64,000 nt of DNA from Methanobacteriota archaeon (GTDB taxonomy: Archaea; Undinarchaeota; Undinarchaeia; Undinarchaeales; Undinarchaeaceae), in assembly GCA_002687935.1 (NCBI GenBank), contig NZBN01000007.1:69030-133029 (forward strand), written 5' to 3'. The first letter of the stretch is position 1; each line of letters starts with the position of its first letter. Below the pieces are notes generated by a model. The model was not told where the DNA came from and made no database searches. It saw nothing but the letters and a program-made list of their open reading frames with translations. Shown here one piece after another: positions 1 through 8,977 of this stretch. The position numbers and the translations under genes are program-made.

Positions 1-750
1 TATTCCTGCAACCTCAACTCCGCCTGCGAAACTCACTGTATTGGCGTCTGATTCCCAAGCATCATAATACTCAACAGAATATTCTTCGTATCCTCCTGAA
101 TCTGTTTGCCTATAAATATGGAACACCGACACTCCTAAAACAATTATTTCATCGTCCCCGTCCCCGTCCAAATCCCCGACAAGTAGTGGTTTGTTCCCAA
201 TTATAATTTCCCCGTCATCTTTTCTGAAAGCTCTTAGGTCTCCCAAACTATCTCCTGCACCTTCAATCATATTTGAATCACTCGGACTTTCCTCTTCAAG
301 ACTTATTACGTCCCAATTTGTAAGCCCTGCAAGGTTTGAAGTGGTATAGTCATTCAATTGTTCATACTGTTCTGTATAATCTTTAATGTTAAAAATTACG
401 AGTTCCTTATCTTCTGTCAATGCTACGAAATCATCATCAATTCCGTCTCCATCAAGGTCTCCAACTCTTACTTGTACCCATGGGTTCCTCCCATTTCCGA
501 ATACATTCGGAAATTCATTTCCAACTTCCGGACCAAAGAAAAGTTTGGCGTCTCCGTCACCGTAACCTACTACCATTAGATTTCCTGGATTCCCCAGAGC
601 CACAAGTTCCAGTCCCTCAAATTGGAACGCATCCTTCACTCCAAAAATCTGTCCTCCCATATTGAAAATGAAAGCCGCGCCGATGAGTGAAAGTACTATG
701 GCGATTATCAGTGAGGCTCCGAAAGGAAGCCCTCCTTGCGCTTTTCTCAT
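1..750 (-). CDS. FG-GAP/VCBS-repeat surface protein with class III (prepilin-like) signal peptide; partial, runs off window start; paralog of 764..2584
   Basis: Translated by hand from ATG at 750, open to base 1 (absent from ORF track because no stop in window): MRKAQGGLPFGASLIIAIVLSLIGAAFIF...LVALGNPGNLMVVGYG...VGDLDGDGIDDD...VGDLDGDGDDEIIVLG...VSFAGGV, collinear with the neighbour (LIALGNEGDIRLIGYG; AGDLDGDGYDE; VSFGGGV). Confidence 0.85.
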   Translation of the reverse strand, partial: MRKAQGGLPFGASLIIAIVLSLIGAAFIFNMGGQIFGVKDAFQFEGLELVALGNPGNLMVVGYGDGDAKLFFGPEVGNEFPNVFGNGRNPWVQVRVGDLDGDGIDDDFVALTEDKELVIFNIKDYTEQYEQLNDYTTSNLAGLTNWDVISLEEESPSDSNMIEGAGDSLGDLRAFRKDDGEIIIGNKPLLVGDLDGDGDDEIIVLGVSVFHIYRQTDSGGYEEYSVEYYDAWESDANTVSFAGGVEVAGI

Positions 751-763
751 TTGTGTTTTCATT

Positions 764-2584
764 TTATTCGCTTATCAGAGTTTCTGACTCCTCTCCTGTT
801 TTTTCGCCGATGATATTCGCCGGGACAAGGCCTATCCAGCTGTTGAACCAGGTGGGGTCTGTCACAAATTTTTCACTATCATTTGTAAAACCTATATTAG
901 CCCAGGACCAAGGGAGTCTATTTATCATTTGTTCATCATTCATATCCTTGAGTCCTTCTATTCCTCCAGAAAGGAAGGTATCAATTTCACTATTTCCTAT
1001 TATGTAAACAGTTCCCGGCTCTTCTACTAAAACCAAGTCCATCTTGCCATTTCCTGTAAAGTCGTCGCAGGCAATATCAACCCATTTAACAGGCCAGTTT
1101 AGTGCACATTCATAATTGCCTGCCAACCAATTTGTGAAGTCCGTATATGCTACTAATACATTAAATGCAATTCCTCTGCTTCCAAATCTAATAAGATTCC
1201 AGTCATAATCAAAATCTATTTGATCACATTCTGACGAAGAAGTATAGTCTATGTCTATTATTGGTTGAGGTAGTTCTACAGAACCCTGTGAAACTATCTC
1301 TCCATAAGTACTACTTACTACATACTTTCTTACAGTTGGACTCAAACCCTCTCCCCTTCCTGGTACTGTATCTTCACTATTATATGTTCCAAACCAAGGG
1401 TTTGCATAGTCACTGCAACTCGGATTGGCCAGGTTTACAACCATGTCCTGAAGTAGTAGTATGTCATTATTTGATTTGTCACGATACCACAAATCCTCAT
1501 CAATCTGTGTCTCGTATATTGCCCCTGGTTGCGTGCTTGCTAGCGCTGGACTGTCGTCATAATCATATTCACAACCATCAACATAACCCTTCCAATCCAT
1601 ATCATAACCCCAAACTCCATATACATCAGACGTCAAGAATAGTATCTCGTCTTTTCCATCTTCATTGTAATCACACATGGTAGCTGAGGGATAAAGCTCC
1701 GCAAAGTTTGCTAACAATTCATCATTCTCATCATACATTGTCCTATAGTTTCCATTATCATCCTTCCAAATCTCAAATATCGCCAGGCTTCTCCTACTCT
1801 CTTCGTAATCACTGGCTGTTCTATATGCAACAACAATCTCTGTATTATCGTCGTAGTCAGCATTCCCAACAGCGACAGAGTCAACGCCACCTCCAAAACT
1901 TACGGAATGCGAAAATCCAATATTGTTATTTGCATTATCCGAGCAAAATTCGGATGTACAATATTCATCATATTCATCTATTACAGTTTTCACATAGCTA
2001 CTTCCGGTATAATCGTAAATAACAAGTTTATTCTCCCCGACAACTAATATCTCATCCTTTTCGTCATTGTCAAAGTCTCCTGCTGCAAGGGCGTTCTTTT
2101 CGTAGTTCATACCAGAATCAAAATGTAGTACGTCCCAATCCCAGTTCTCAAGATCTGAAACAGTTTTCACATTCAATGATGCTTCATCTGTATCTGTCAT
2201 CAAGGGAGCAATCTCATCAATAGGTATTATGATAATATCACTGCTATCTGAAAGTCCGATAACTTCGTCATAGCCGTCTCCGTCAAGGTCTCCTGCTGCA
2301 AGCCCATACCATGCGTCACTTCCTAAATTTGGAAATGTTGCCCCCACTTCTCCTTGTAGCTGAACCTTTACACTTGCATCTGGACCGTATCCAATAAGTC
2401 TAATATCTCCTTCATTCCCCAGAGCAATAAGCTCCTTCCCTTCTGTTGGAATAATATCTTCCGTTCCTCCAAACAGCCCACTTGCAAGTTTTCCAAGACC
2501 GAGAAGCCCTATCATAGTAGGTATAAGTACAATTATCAGAACGACTCCCAGAACTAATCCGGCTGCTGCTTTCCTATTGGGCAT
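764..2584 (-). CDS. Acidic FG-GAP/VCBS-repeat (beta-propeller-like) surface protein with N-terminal RKA + hydrophobic segment
   Basis: 606 aa ORF; MPNRKAAAGLVLGVVLIIVLIP N-terminus; repeated GDLDGDGYDE, GDFDNDEKDEILV, GNADYDDNTEIVV, CDYNEDGKDEILF, DDFTGNGKMDLVL motifs. Confidence 0.8.
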   Translation of the reverse strand: MPNRKAAAGLVLGVVLIIVLIPTMIGLLGLGKLASGLFGGTEDIIPTEGKELIALGNEGDIRLIGYGPDASVKVQLQGEVGATFPNLGSDAWYGLAAGDLDGDGYDEVIGLSDSSDIIIIPIDEIAPLMTDTDEASLNVKTVSDLENWDWDVLHFDSGMNYEKNALAAGDFDNDEKDEILVVGENKLVIYDYTGSSYVKTVIDEYDEYCTSEFCSDNANNNIGFSHSVSFGGGVDSVAVGNADYDDNTEIVVAYRTASDYEESRRSLAIFEIWKDDNGNYRTMYDENDELLANFAELYPSATMCDYNEDGKDEILFLTSDVYGVWGYDMDWKGYVDGCEYDYDDSPALASTQPGAIYETQIDEDLWYRDKSNNDILLLQDMVVNLANPSCSDYANPWFGTYNSEDTVPGRGEGLSPTVRKYVVSSTYGEIVSQGSVELPQPIIDIDYTSSSECDQIDFDYDWNLIRFGSRGIAFNVLVAYTDFTNWLAGNYECALNWPVKWVDIACDDFTGNGKMDLVLVEEPGTVYIIGNSEIDTFLSGGIEGLKDMNDEQMINRLPWSWANIGFTNDSEKFVTDPTWFNSWIGLVPANIIGEKTGEESETLISE

Positions 2585-2659
2585 ACTTGCCCTTAATCCT
2601 GCTTTATATTAATTCTTTCCCCGCAAGTCTTTTATCATAGTCTTGTAATAAATAAAAAG

Positions 2660-3286
2660 ATGAAAGAAAATCCGGCAGGTGCAATAATCACCAGAATCAT
2701 CGGCGGAGTCGCACTTGTAGCAATTTCCCTGTATCTCCTCTTCGGTAAGTTTTCTGCTGCAATAAACAGCTCTCCGCAGAATAATGTCCTTGTACTCTTC
2801 CTTCTCTTACTCATGCTTCTTATATCGCGTATTACCGTCCTCACAAAAGTCGGCGTTGCATTCCTCTTCCCTATATTATTTGCAGTTAATTTGGTCTACG
2901 GAACTTTGGCAACGCTTCTAATTCTTTGGGTTTCAACAATGCTCTTCATCTTTTTGGCACTTAAACCAACTCCGATAGATATGTTCATACACAAGGGAGC
3001 CGGTCCTGCTATAACCCAGACTATTTACATGTCGCTCTGGATAGTTCTTGTTGGAATTAGCTTTTCAGTTGTTCCGTTCAATGAGGTTCTTTCGAATCTT
3101 CGTGTTTTCTATCTCAGTTGGCTCGCAGTTTATGTCACTTTCATGTACTTTGCATACAGAATCTTTACTGCCGATCCAATTCCCCAAATACTGCTCAATG
3201 TGTTCTCAAGTGCTGGTTTTCAATATCTCACAATAACTTTCTTCGAGGCATCTTATAGAAGTTACATAATTGCGATGGCGGCTTAA
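2660..3286 (+). CDS. Hypothetical polytopic membrane protein
   Basis: 208 aa, about 6 hydrophobic segments; divergent from the FG-GAP genes; stop abuts next ATG. Confidence 0.65.
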   Translation: MKENPAGAIITRIIGGVALVAISLYLLFGKFSAAINSSPQNNVLVLFLLLLMLLISRITVLTKVGVAFLFPILFAVNLVYGTLATLLILWVSTMLFIFLALKPTPIDMFIHKGAGPAITQTIYMSLWIVLVGISFSVVPFNEVLSNLRVFYLSWLAVYVTFMYFAYRIFTADPIPQILLNVFSSAGFQYLTITFFEASYRSYIIAMAA

Positions 3287-3287
3287 A

Positions 3288-4748
3288 ATGACTAAAATAG
3301 ATGAGCTTTTCAAGAAATGCACTGAAGGCAATGGAAAATTTGTCAAAGGAGGGGATCTTGCCAATTACATCAAGGAGCCCTTCATAATTTACTGTAATGA
3401 CTTTGCCCCGGAAGATGCTCGTGACAAACCGAAAAGATTTCAGGAGCTTCTGTCAGAGGCAGGAATGAAGCATGAAGCCGACTCAATAGAGGCTCAACAT
3501 CCTGGAATGAATCCACTCAAGTTTACAAAGGAAAGAGAAGGCTTCAAACTGGTGCTAGATGCTTTTTTCACAGGAAAAGAAGCCGTCGCAAATGGTCCTC
3601 TTATCTATCTTCCAGAAAATCTCATAGGTCGGGCAGATCTTCTTGAGAAAAGGAAAGGGGAAAGCGTTTTTGGAAATTATCATTATATTGTGAAGGAAAT
3701 AAAACTCGCCAAGAATCTAAAGCGAGATCACGTTCTTCAGGCAGCTTATTACAATCTTGTTCTTGGAAAAATACAGGGCTTTACACCTGAGGAATTTTAT
3801 CTTGTAAATCGAAATAACGATATTTTCTCTTACAAGTTTTCTGATTACAAATCAACACTCGAACTCGCTATTTCCGATGTCCTAAAAATAAAAACTGGCG
3901 AAATTATTCCTTCGGCAACATATGGCTCTGTAAAATATAACTGGACGACTTACACGAATAAGATAGCAAAGGAAGCTGATGACGTTTCACTTATCCCTGG
4001 AATCTCCGGGGCAATGAAGACAAAACTAAATTCTTCCCAGTTTTTCACAGTTTCCGATATAATGGAAGCCGATATTTCAAATTTGACAGATATAGAGGGT
4101 ATCGGAGACGTGAAAGCAAGCCAGTTCAAACTTTGCGCAGAGTCACTAAAAACCGGAAAGCCATTACTCAAGAACAAGGATGCAATAATTCTGCCAGATA
4201 CGAAATCTGAACTGTATTTCGACTTGGAGGGGACTGATGAAGTAACTTCTGGAGCCGAGCCCTTTGATTATCTGATGGGTATTCTTGAATCGGAGAATGG
4301 CTCTGAAAAATACATATCCTTCTTGGCCGAGACGCCAGACGATGAGGAAAAAATCTTCCGTGACTTCCTAAAGTACTTGGATTCAAAAGAAGATTATATC
4401 CTCTATCACTGGAATACCTACGAAGTCACTGCACTGAAAAAACTTTTTGAAAAGTACCAGGTTGATGGAACAAAGATTCTTAAAAGAATGGTAGATTTAT
4501 ACAGAGTTTCTCACAAATCAATTGTTTTTCCTCTCTACTCCTACTCTCTGAAAGCTATCGCAAAATTCTTAAAACCGGATTCATGGAGGCACGAAGATGT
4601 TGACGCTATGCAGTCGATTGTGCTCTACAAGGAATTTGTTGATACTGGGGACAGGGAAAAGCTCCAGAAAGTCATAGATTATAATGAAGATGATTGCAGG
4701 GCAACTTTGCTTGTAAAGAAGTATCTTGCAAATCTAATAAAACAGTAA
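3288..4748 (+). CDS. TM0106-family RecB-like nuclease (PD-(D/E)XK + HhH + RNase H-like domains)
   Basis: GRADLL...KEIK nuclease motif, IEGIGDVKA helix-hairpin-helix, LYFDLE...YSLKAIA...YNEDDCRAT RNase H-like C-terminus; ATG at 3288 chosen over 3270. Confidence 0.85.
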   Translation: MTKIDELFKKCTEGNGKFVKGGDLANYIKEPFIIYCNDFAPEDARDKPKRFQELLSEAGMKHEADSIEAQHPGMNPLKFTKEREGFKLVLDAFFTGKEAVANGPLIYLPENLIGRADLLEKRKGESVFGNYHYIVKEIKLAKNLKRDHVLQAAYYNLVLGKIQGFTPEEFYLVNRNNDIFSYKFSDYKSTLELAISDVLKIKTGEIIPSATYGSVKYNWTTYTNKIAKEADDVSLIPGISGAMKTKLNSSQFFTVSDIMEADISNLTDIEGIGDVKASQFKLCAESLKTGKPLLKNKDAIILPDTKSELYFDLEGTDEVTSGAEPFDYLMGILESENGSEKYISFLAETPDDEEKIFRDFLKYLDSKEDYILYHWNTYEVTALKKLFEKYQVDGTKILKRMVDLYRVSHKSIVFPLYSYSLKAIAKFLKPDSWRHEDVDAMQSIVLYKEFVDTGDREKLQKVIDYNEDDCRATLLVKKYLANLIKQ

Positions 4749-4807
4749 GCTTTATATATCACCTCAAGTAGAGTAAGGACACTACGTAATACTTGGAGGT
4801 ATTAGAG

Positions 4808-6451
4808 ATGACACAAATGACTGGACAACCAGTAATAGTTCTATCTGAGAATTCTAAAAGAACTCTTGGAAGGGACGCACAAAGAATGAATATTATGGCA
4901 GGTCGCATTGTAGCGGAAGCCGTAAGAACTACTCTTGGTCCAAAAGGAATGGACAAGATGCTTGTCGACTCGCTTGGAGATATTGTTATCACAAATGATG
5001 GCGCTACTCTGCTCGGCGAGATGGACATACAACACCCTGCAGCTAAGATGCTTGTTGAAGTATCAAAGGCTCAGGAAGACGAAGTCGGAGATGGAACAAC
5101 AACTGCTGTGATAATCGCAGGAGAACTTCTCAAGGAATCAGAGGCTCTTCTCGACCAGAACATACATCCGACTGTTATTGTACAGGGCTACAGAAAAGCG
5201 AATGATATTGCTCAGGAATTTCTGGCTTCAGCGGGAGAAAATGTTTCTCCAGATGATACTGGAATTCTAGAAAAAGTTGCTATGACTGCAATGACTGGAA
5301 AGTCAGCAGAGAGAGCAAGAGAAAGTCTTGCAAAACTCGCAGTTAAGGCTGTAACACTTGTTGCAGACGAGTCAAATGGCTCACTTTCTGTCGATCTTGA
5401 TAATATCAAGATTGAGAAAAAGAGTGGAGGCTCAATTGACGATAGCGAGCTTATAATGGGACTCATAATCGACAAAGAGCGAGTTCACCCTGGAATGCCT
5501 CAGTCTGTCAGCGGTGCAAAGATAGCTCTTGTTGACGCAGCTCTTGAGGTAAAGGAAACTGAAACCGATTCTGAAATCAGAATCACTGATCCAAACCAGC
5601 TTCAGGCCTTCCTTTCACAGGAAGAGGGAATGCTCCGAGATATGACTGACAAAGTTAAAGCATCCGGGGCAAAGGTACTCTTCTGTCAGAAGGGAATTGA
5701 CGATATGGCACAGCACTTCCTTGCAAAAGAAGGAATCTTCGCTGTAAGACGTGTCAAAAAGTCCGATATGGAAAAACTATCCCGTGCAACAGGCGCAAGT
5801 ATAATTTCAAATCTTGACGACCTTGACAAGGAAAGCCTTGGAAATGCCGGAAGCGTCGAGGAACGCAAGATTTCCGGAGACTCAATGGTCTTCGTTACTG
5901 ACTGCAAATCTCCAAAGGCTGTTTCTCTTCTAGTAAGGGGCGGAACTGACCATGTGGTTGATGAAGTCAAGCGCGCACTGGATGATGCAATCGGTGGCGT
6001 TTCAGCAACACTTGAAACTGGAAAGATAGTCGCAGGCGGAGGCGCAATTGAGATAGAAGTTTCCAAGACTATCCGAAAAGCTGCAGAGAAGGTCAGTGGA
6101 AGAGAACAGCTGGCAATAAATGCCTTTGCGGATGCTCTGGAAATTGTTCCAAAGACACTGGCAGAGAATGCCGGTCTTGATCCGATTGACAAAATGACTG
6201 AGCTAAGGTCTGCACATGACAAGAAGGGTCAGAACTCACACGGTCTTGATGTGTTCCTCGGAAAGGTCATCGACATGCAGAAGGAAGGTGTTCTTGAGCC
6301 TCTTAAGATTAAGACACAGGCAATTAAGAGCGCATCAGAAGCAGCGGAAATGATAATCCGCATCGATGATGTAATCTCTGCCAAGGAGCTTGGCAAGGGA
6401 GGAGCCCCAGCAATGCCCCCAGAAATGGGCGGAATGCCGGGCATGATGTAA
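4808..6451 (+). CDS. thsA: Thermosome subunit (group II chaperonin)
   Basis: [28 protein letters not shown] motifs, GGMPGMM tail; GGAGGT Shine-Dalgarno 7 nt before ATG 4808. Confidence 0.97.
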   Translation: MTQMTGQPVIVLSENSKRTLGRDAQRMNIMAGRIVAEAVRTTLGPKGMDKMLVDSLGDIVITNDGATLLGEMDIQHPAAKMLVEVSKAQEDEVGDGTTTAVIIAGELLKESEALLDQNIHPTVIVQGYRKANDIAQEFLASAGENVSPDDTGILEKVAMTAMTGKSAERARESLAKLAVKAVTLVADESNGSLSVDLDNIKIEKKSGGSIDDSELIMGLIIDKERVHPGMPQSVSGAKIALVDAALEVKETETDSEIRITDPNQLQAFLSQEEGMLRDMTDKVKASGAKVLFCQKGIDDMAQHFLAKEGIFAVRRVKKSDMEKLSRATGASIISNLDDLDKESLGNAGSVEERKISGDSMVFVTDCKSPKAVSLLVRGGTDHVVDEVKRALDDAIGGVSATLETGKIVAGGGAIEIEVSKTIRKAAEKVSGREQLAINAFADALEIVPKTLAENAGLDPIDKMTELRSAHDKKGQNSHGLDVFLGKVIDMQKEGVLEPLKIKTQAIKSASEAAEMIIRIDDVISAKELGKGGAPAMPPEMGGMPGMM

Positions 6452-6464
6452 TATCCTGAAATCT

Positions 6465-6491
6465 GGGGCCTTCGGGCCCCCTTTCTTTTTT
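6465..6491 (+). terminator. GC-rich hairpin with UUCG tetraloop followed by U-tract, 3' of thermosome gene
   Basis: GGGGCC-TTCG-GGCCCC (6465-6480) then CTTTCTTTTTT. Confidence 0.8.
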
Positions 6492-6545
6492 CCCCACTCT
6501 TTAAAAGCAACATTTATATAGACTCTCCCTTTAAACCGAGTAGCC

Positions 6546-7124
6546 ATGGCGGAAGAGTCTGAATCATACGAAGTTGTTGCGTCAAGCCCTTATGACGAGC
6601 TCGAACGAAAGGAAGAGAAGCTCGAGCACGATATAAATGAAATTAAATCCGCTCTGCGCGGCACTGTCGGGCTCACAAAAATTGAATCACACGCAGACGA
6701 ATTCATAAAAAAAATGATGGGGCTCTTAGAGTCAACCCAGAGAATGCAGGAGCAGGTTTCAAAGTCAAATCAGCAAGTCGCTGAAAAAATCCAGAATGCT
6801 CTTGATTTGATGAATGAGACAAACCGTGGGCTTTCTCAGAAGCTTTCCAAAATACTTACAATATTCGCCGAAGCAACAGAGGCAATGGAAACCGAGGAAG
6901 AAGGCAGCATAAAGGAAGTTTCATCGGCTATCGGGGATATGAAATCTGCAATGAACGATTTCAAGGCACAAAACAAGCAATTATCTCAGACTCTCAATTC
7001 CTTAGAAATGTATTTAAAGAGACAGAGCGTAGCTCCCCAAAGAGTGGCAAGGGTTCCTGTGCCTGTTCAGAAACCTCAGCAGCCACGAAGGCAGTTGCCT
7101 CCCCCTCCACTACCTCCACAATAA
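6546..7124 (+). CDS. Hypothetical coiled-coil protein with Pro-rich C-terminus
   Basis: 192 aa helical/heptad composition ending PQQPRRQLPPPPLPPQ; TATA-like TTTATATA upstream; first gene of the run into the pilus locus. Confidence 0.75.
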   Translation: MAEESESYEVVASSPYDELERKEEKLEHDINEIKSALRGTVGLTKIESHADEFIKKMMGLLESTQRMQEQVSKSNQQVAEKIQNALDLMNETNRGLSQKLSKILTIFAEATEAMETEEEGSIKEVSSAIGDMKSAMNDFKAQNKQLSQTLNSLEMYLKRQSVAPQRVARVPVPVQKPQQPRRQLPPPPLPPQ

Positions 7125-7125
7125 T

Positions 7126-7329
7126 ATGACTACAAGAAAATCCCGTAAAATCGTAATCCAGATAACAATAATTCTGGCTTTTATATTCTCTCTAGTAATT
7201 GCCTATATTGCGAGAGGAACCGGTATGTCTTCAATGCTCTTAATTTTCATGGCAGGTCTTCAGGTCATTGTCCTGCTTTCAATATTATATGTCCTTGAAA
7301 CTGTGATCGAGATTATAGAGGTAAAATGA
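7126..7329 (+). CDS. Small two-TM membrane protein
   Basis: 67 aa, basic N-terminus and two hydrophobic helices; 1-nt gap and ATGA overlap with neighbours. Confidence 0.65.
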   Translation: MTTRKSRKIVIQITIILAFIFSLVIAYIARGTGMSSMLLIFMAGLQVIVLLSILYVLETVIEIIEVK

Positions 7330-7823
7330 GATTTCCAAAATTCTTTTCAAGTAAAAAGGGAATAACTCCTATAATTTCGGTTATTCTACTTCTTATGATG
7401 ACTATAGCAATAGCCGGTCTAGCTTATACTTTCCTTCAGAGAATGCAGGGTACAATCCAGACTTCAAGCGAGAACACAAGTCTGGAATTGCTCGGTGGTC
7501 TTAATGTTCAGCTGAAAGTTGAAGGTTTTGTGGCAAATTGCTCAGCAAGCACAGATAAAGCAAACATCACAATTTATGTAAGAAATGCGGGAACGGAGCA
7601 GGCTGAGAAGCTTCAACTCTTTGTCGATGATGCTCTTCAGTCAAATATGGCGAATGATACACTCGCCGCAGGTACTGTAACTTCTTATAGCGGAGGCGTC
7701 TTGAATGATGTTTCCTGTTCTGAGTGGATAAACAAAACAAAAGAAGTAAGACTTTCTTCAAAAGAGACCTCTGCAGAGAAGCTCATAAAATTCACCTGCA
7801 CATATTCCAGCTACCTGTGCTGA
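7326..7823 (+). CDS. Archaeal type IV pilin (probable major pilin)
   Basis: Class III signal KKG|ITPIISVILLLMMTIAIAGLAYTF; IYVRNAGTE Ig-like strand. Confidence 0.88.
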   Translation: MRFPKFFSSKKGITPIISVILLLMMTIAIAGLAYTFLQRMQGTIQTSSENTSLELLGGLNVQLKVEGFVANCSASTDKANITIYVRNAGTEQAEKLQLFVDDALQSNMANDTLAAGTVTSYSGGVLNDVSCSEWINKTKEVRLSSKETSAEKLIKFTCTYSSYLC

Positions 7824-7838
7824 ATGTCCTTTCATATT

Positions 7839-8489
7839 ATGGTTTCCAATTACCGCTCTAGAAAAGGACAGTCTCCGGTTATATCTTCTGTCGTGATGAT
7901 TCTTGTTGTAACAGCTCTTGTTATACTGACTTTTAGCTGGGGAAAGGAAATGCTGGAAAGTCAGCAGGTTTCAGTCACGGTTACTTATTCTCAGGCAAAA
8001 CTTCTTGACATAAAAAACGCAATTCTTGAAGTTGGACAGGAGCAGATAAACTCAACTCGTATAGTTCGCATGAATCTTAGAATGGGCAGTTTATCTGTTC
8101 TGAATGGAAGTCACTGTTCCGGAGCTAATGTAAACAAGAACGCAATTTTATACAATCTTACGAACGGCAGAAAGCTCATAAATTCATTAGATTGGGTGTC
8201 AATAGATCCGATTGAGCCGAATATCCGTTGCTCTGCCAATCAGACTAATAGCAGTTCGGGGGTTCTCATTGCCAGACCCTTTTCAGTGGGTAACAGCTAC
8301 GCAAATTCCTTCATGATGTGGTTCAGACAGATAAATGACACAACTTCTTCAACTTCATATTTGATTAACATATCTCTTGGTGAAGTTTCCAGGATTTCTG
8401 GAACTTCTGCAACTGTCGTAGTAAGAAACATTGGCAGAGTCAATAGTAGTGGAACAATACATACAAATGTCCTTGTTGATCTCAGATAA
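7839..8489 (+). CDS. Type IV pilin-like protein
   Basis: RKG|QSPVISSVVMILVVTALVILTFSWG class III signal; start 7839 or 7824. Confidence 0.8.
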   Translation: MVSNYRSRKGQSPVISSVVMILVVTALVILTFSWGKEMLESQQVSVTVTYSQAKLLDIKNAILEVGQEQINSTRIVRMNLRMGSLSVLNGSHCSGANVNKNAILYNLTNGRKLINSLDWVSIDPIEPNIRCSANQTNSSSGVLIARPFSVGNSYANSFMMWFRQINDTTSSTSYLINISLGEVSRISGTSATVVVRNIGRVNSSGTIHTNVLVDLR

Positions 8490-8530
8490 GACATCAAAAT
8501 AGATAAATAAGCGCTTTCTTTAGTCGTAAT

Positions 8531-8977
8531 ATGGGCTTCTCCAATCGTAAAGCTAGCACGGCCATATTTGAGCAGGTATGCTTTGCGATTATGGGCGTTT
8601 TCATCTTTGTAATGTTTCTAACAGTTTTTGGCGGAATAAAGGACGAGATGTCTGATTTTCAGGCAGGTCACCAGTTCAGAAATGTTGCTTCCTATGTCCA
8701 CCTCGCTATTTCTAACTCCTATATTTATGGAAGATATGTGGACAATTACTCACTCAATATAGAACTTCCTCCATATCTCGCAGGTCATCGCTATTTGGTT
8801 ATTGCAAATAACACCTCAATACTGGTCAGAGATGAATTCTATGACATAAATCGTACCCACCCTCTACTGAAATTTAACATTTCAATCAATGGAAGTTTCA
8901 GTTCAACAGCCGGAGGGCGGCATCGCATAGCTTATAATTCAACAGCCGGTATTATGGTATTAGAGGATATAGCATGA
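8531..8977 (+). CDS. Minor pilin-like protein
   Basis: NRKA|STAIFEQVCFAIMGVFIFVMFL N-terminus; LNIELPPYLAGHRYLV motif typical of archaeal minor pilins; adjacent to ATPase. Confidence 0.7.
   Translation: MGFSNRKASTAIFEQVCFAIMGVFIFVMFLTVFGGIKDEMSDFQAGHQFRNVASYVHLAISNSYIYGRYVDNYSLNIELPPYLAGHRYLVIANNTSILVRDEFYDINRTHPLLKFNISINGSFSSTAGGRHRIAYNSTAGIMVLEDIA

Noticed and set aside
3288-4748. Cas4-like nuclease as sign of a CRISPR system
   Set aside because: No array or other cas genes in the window; architecture fits the stand-alone TM0106 family.
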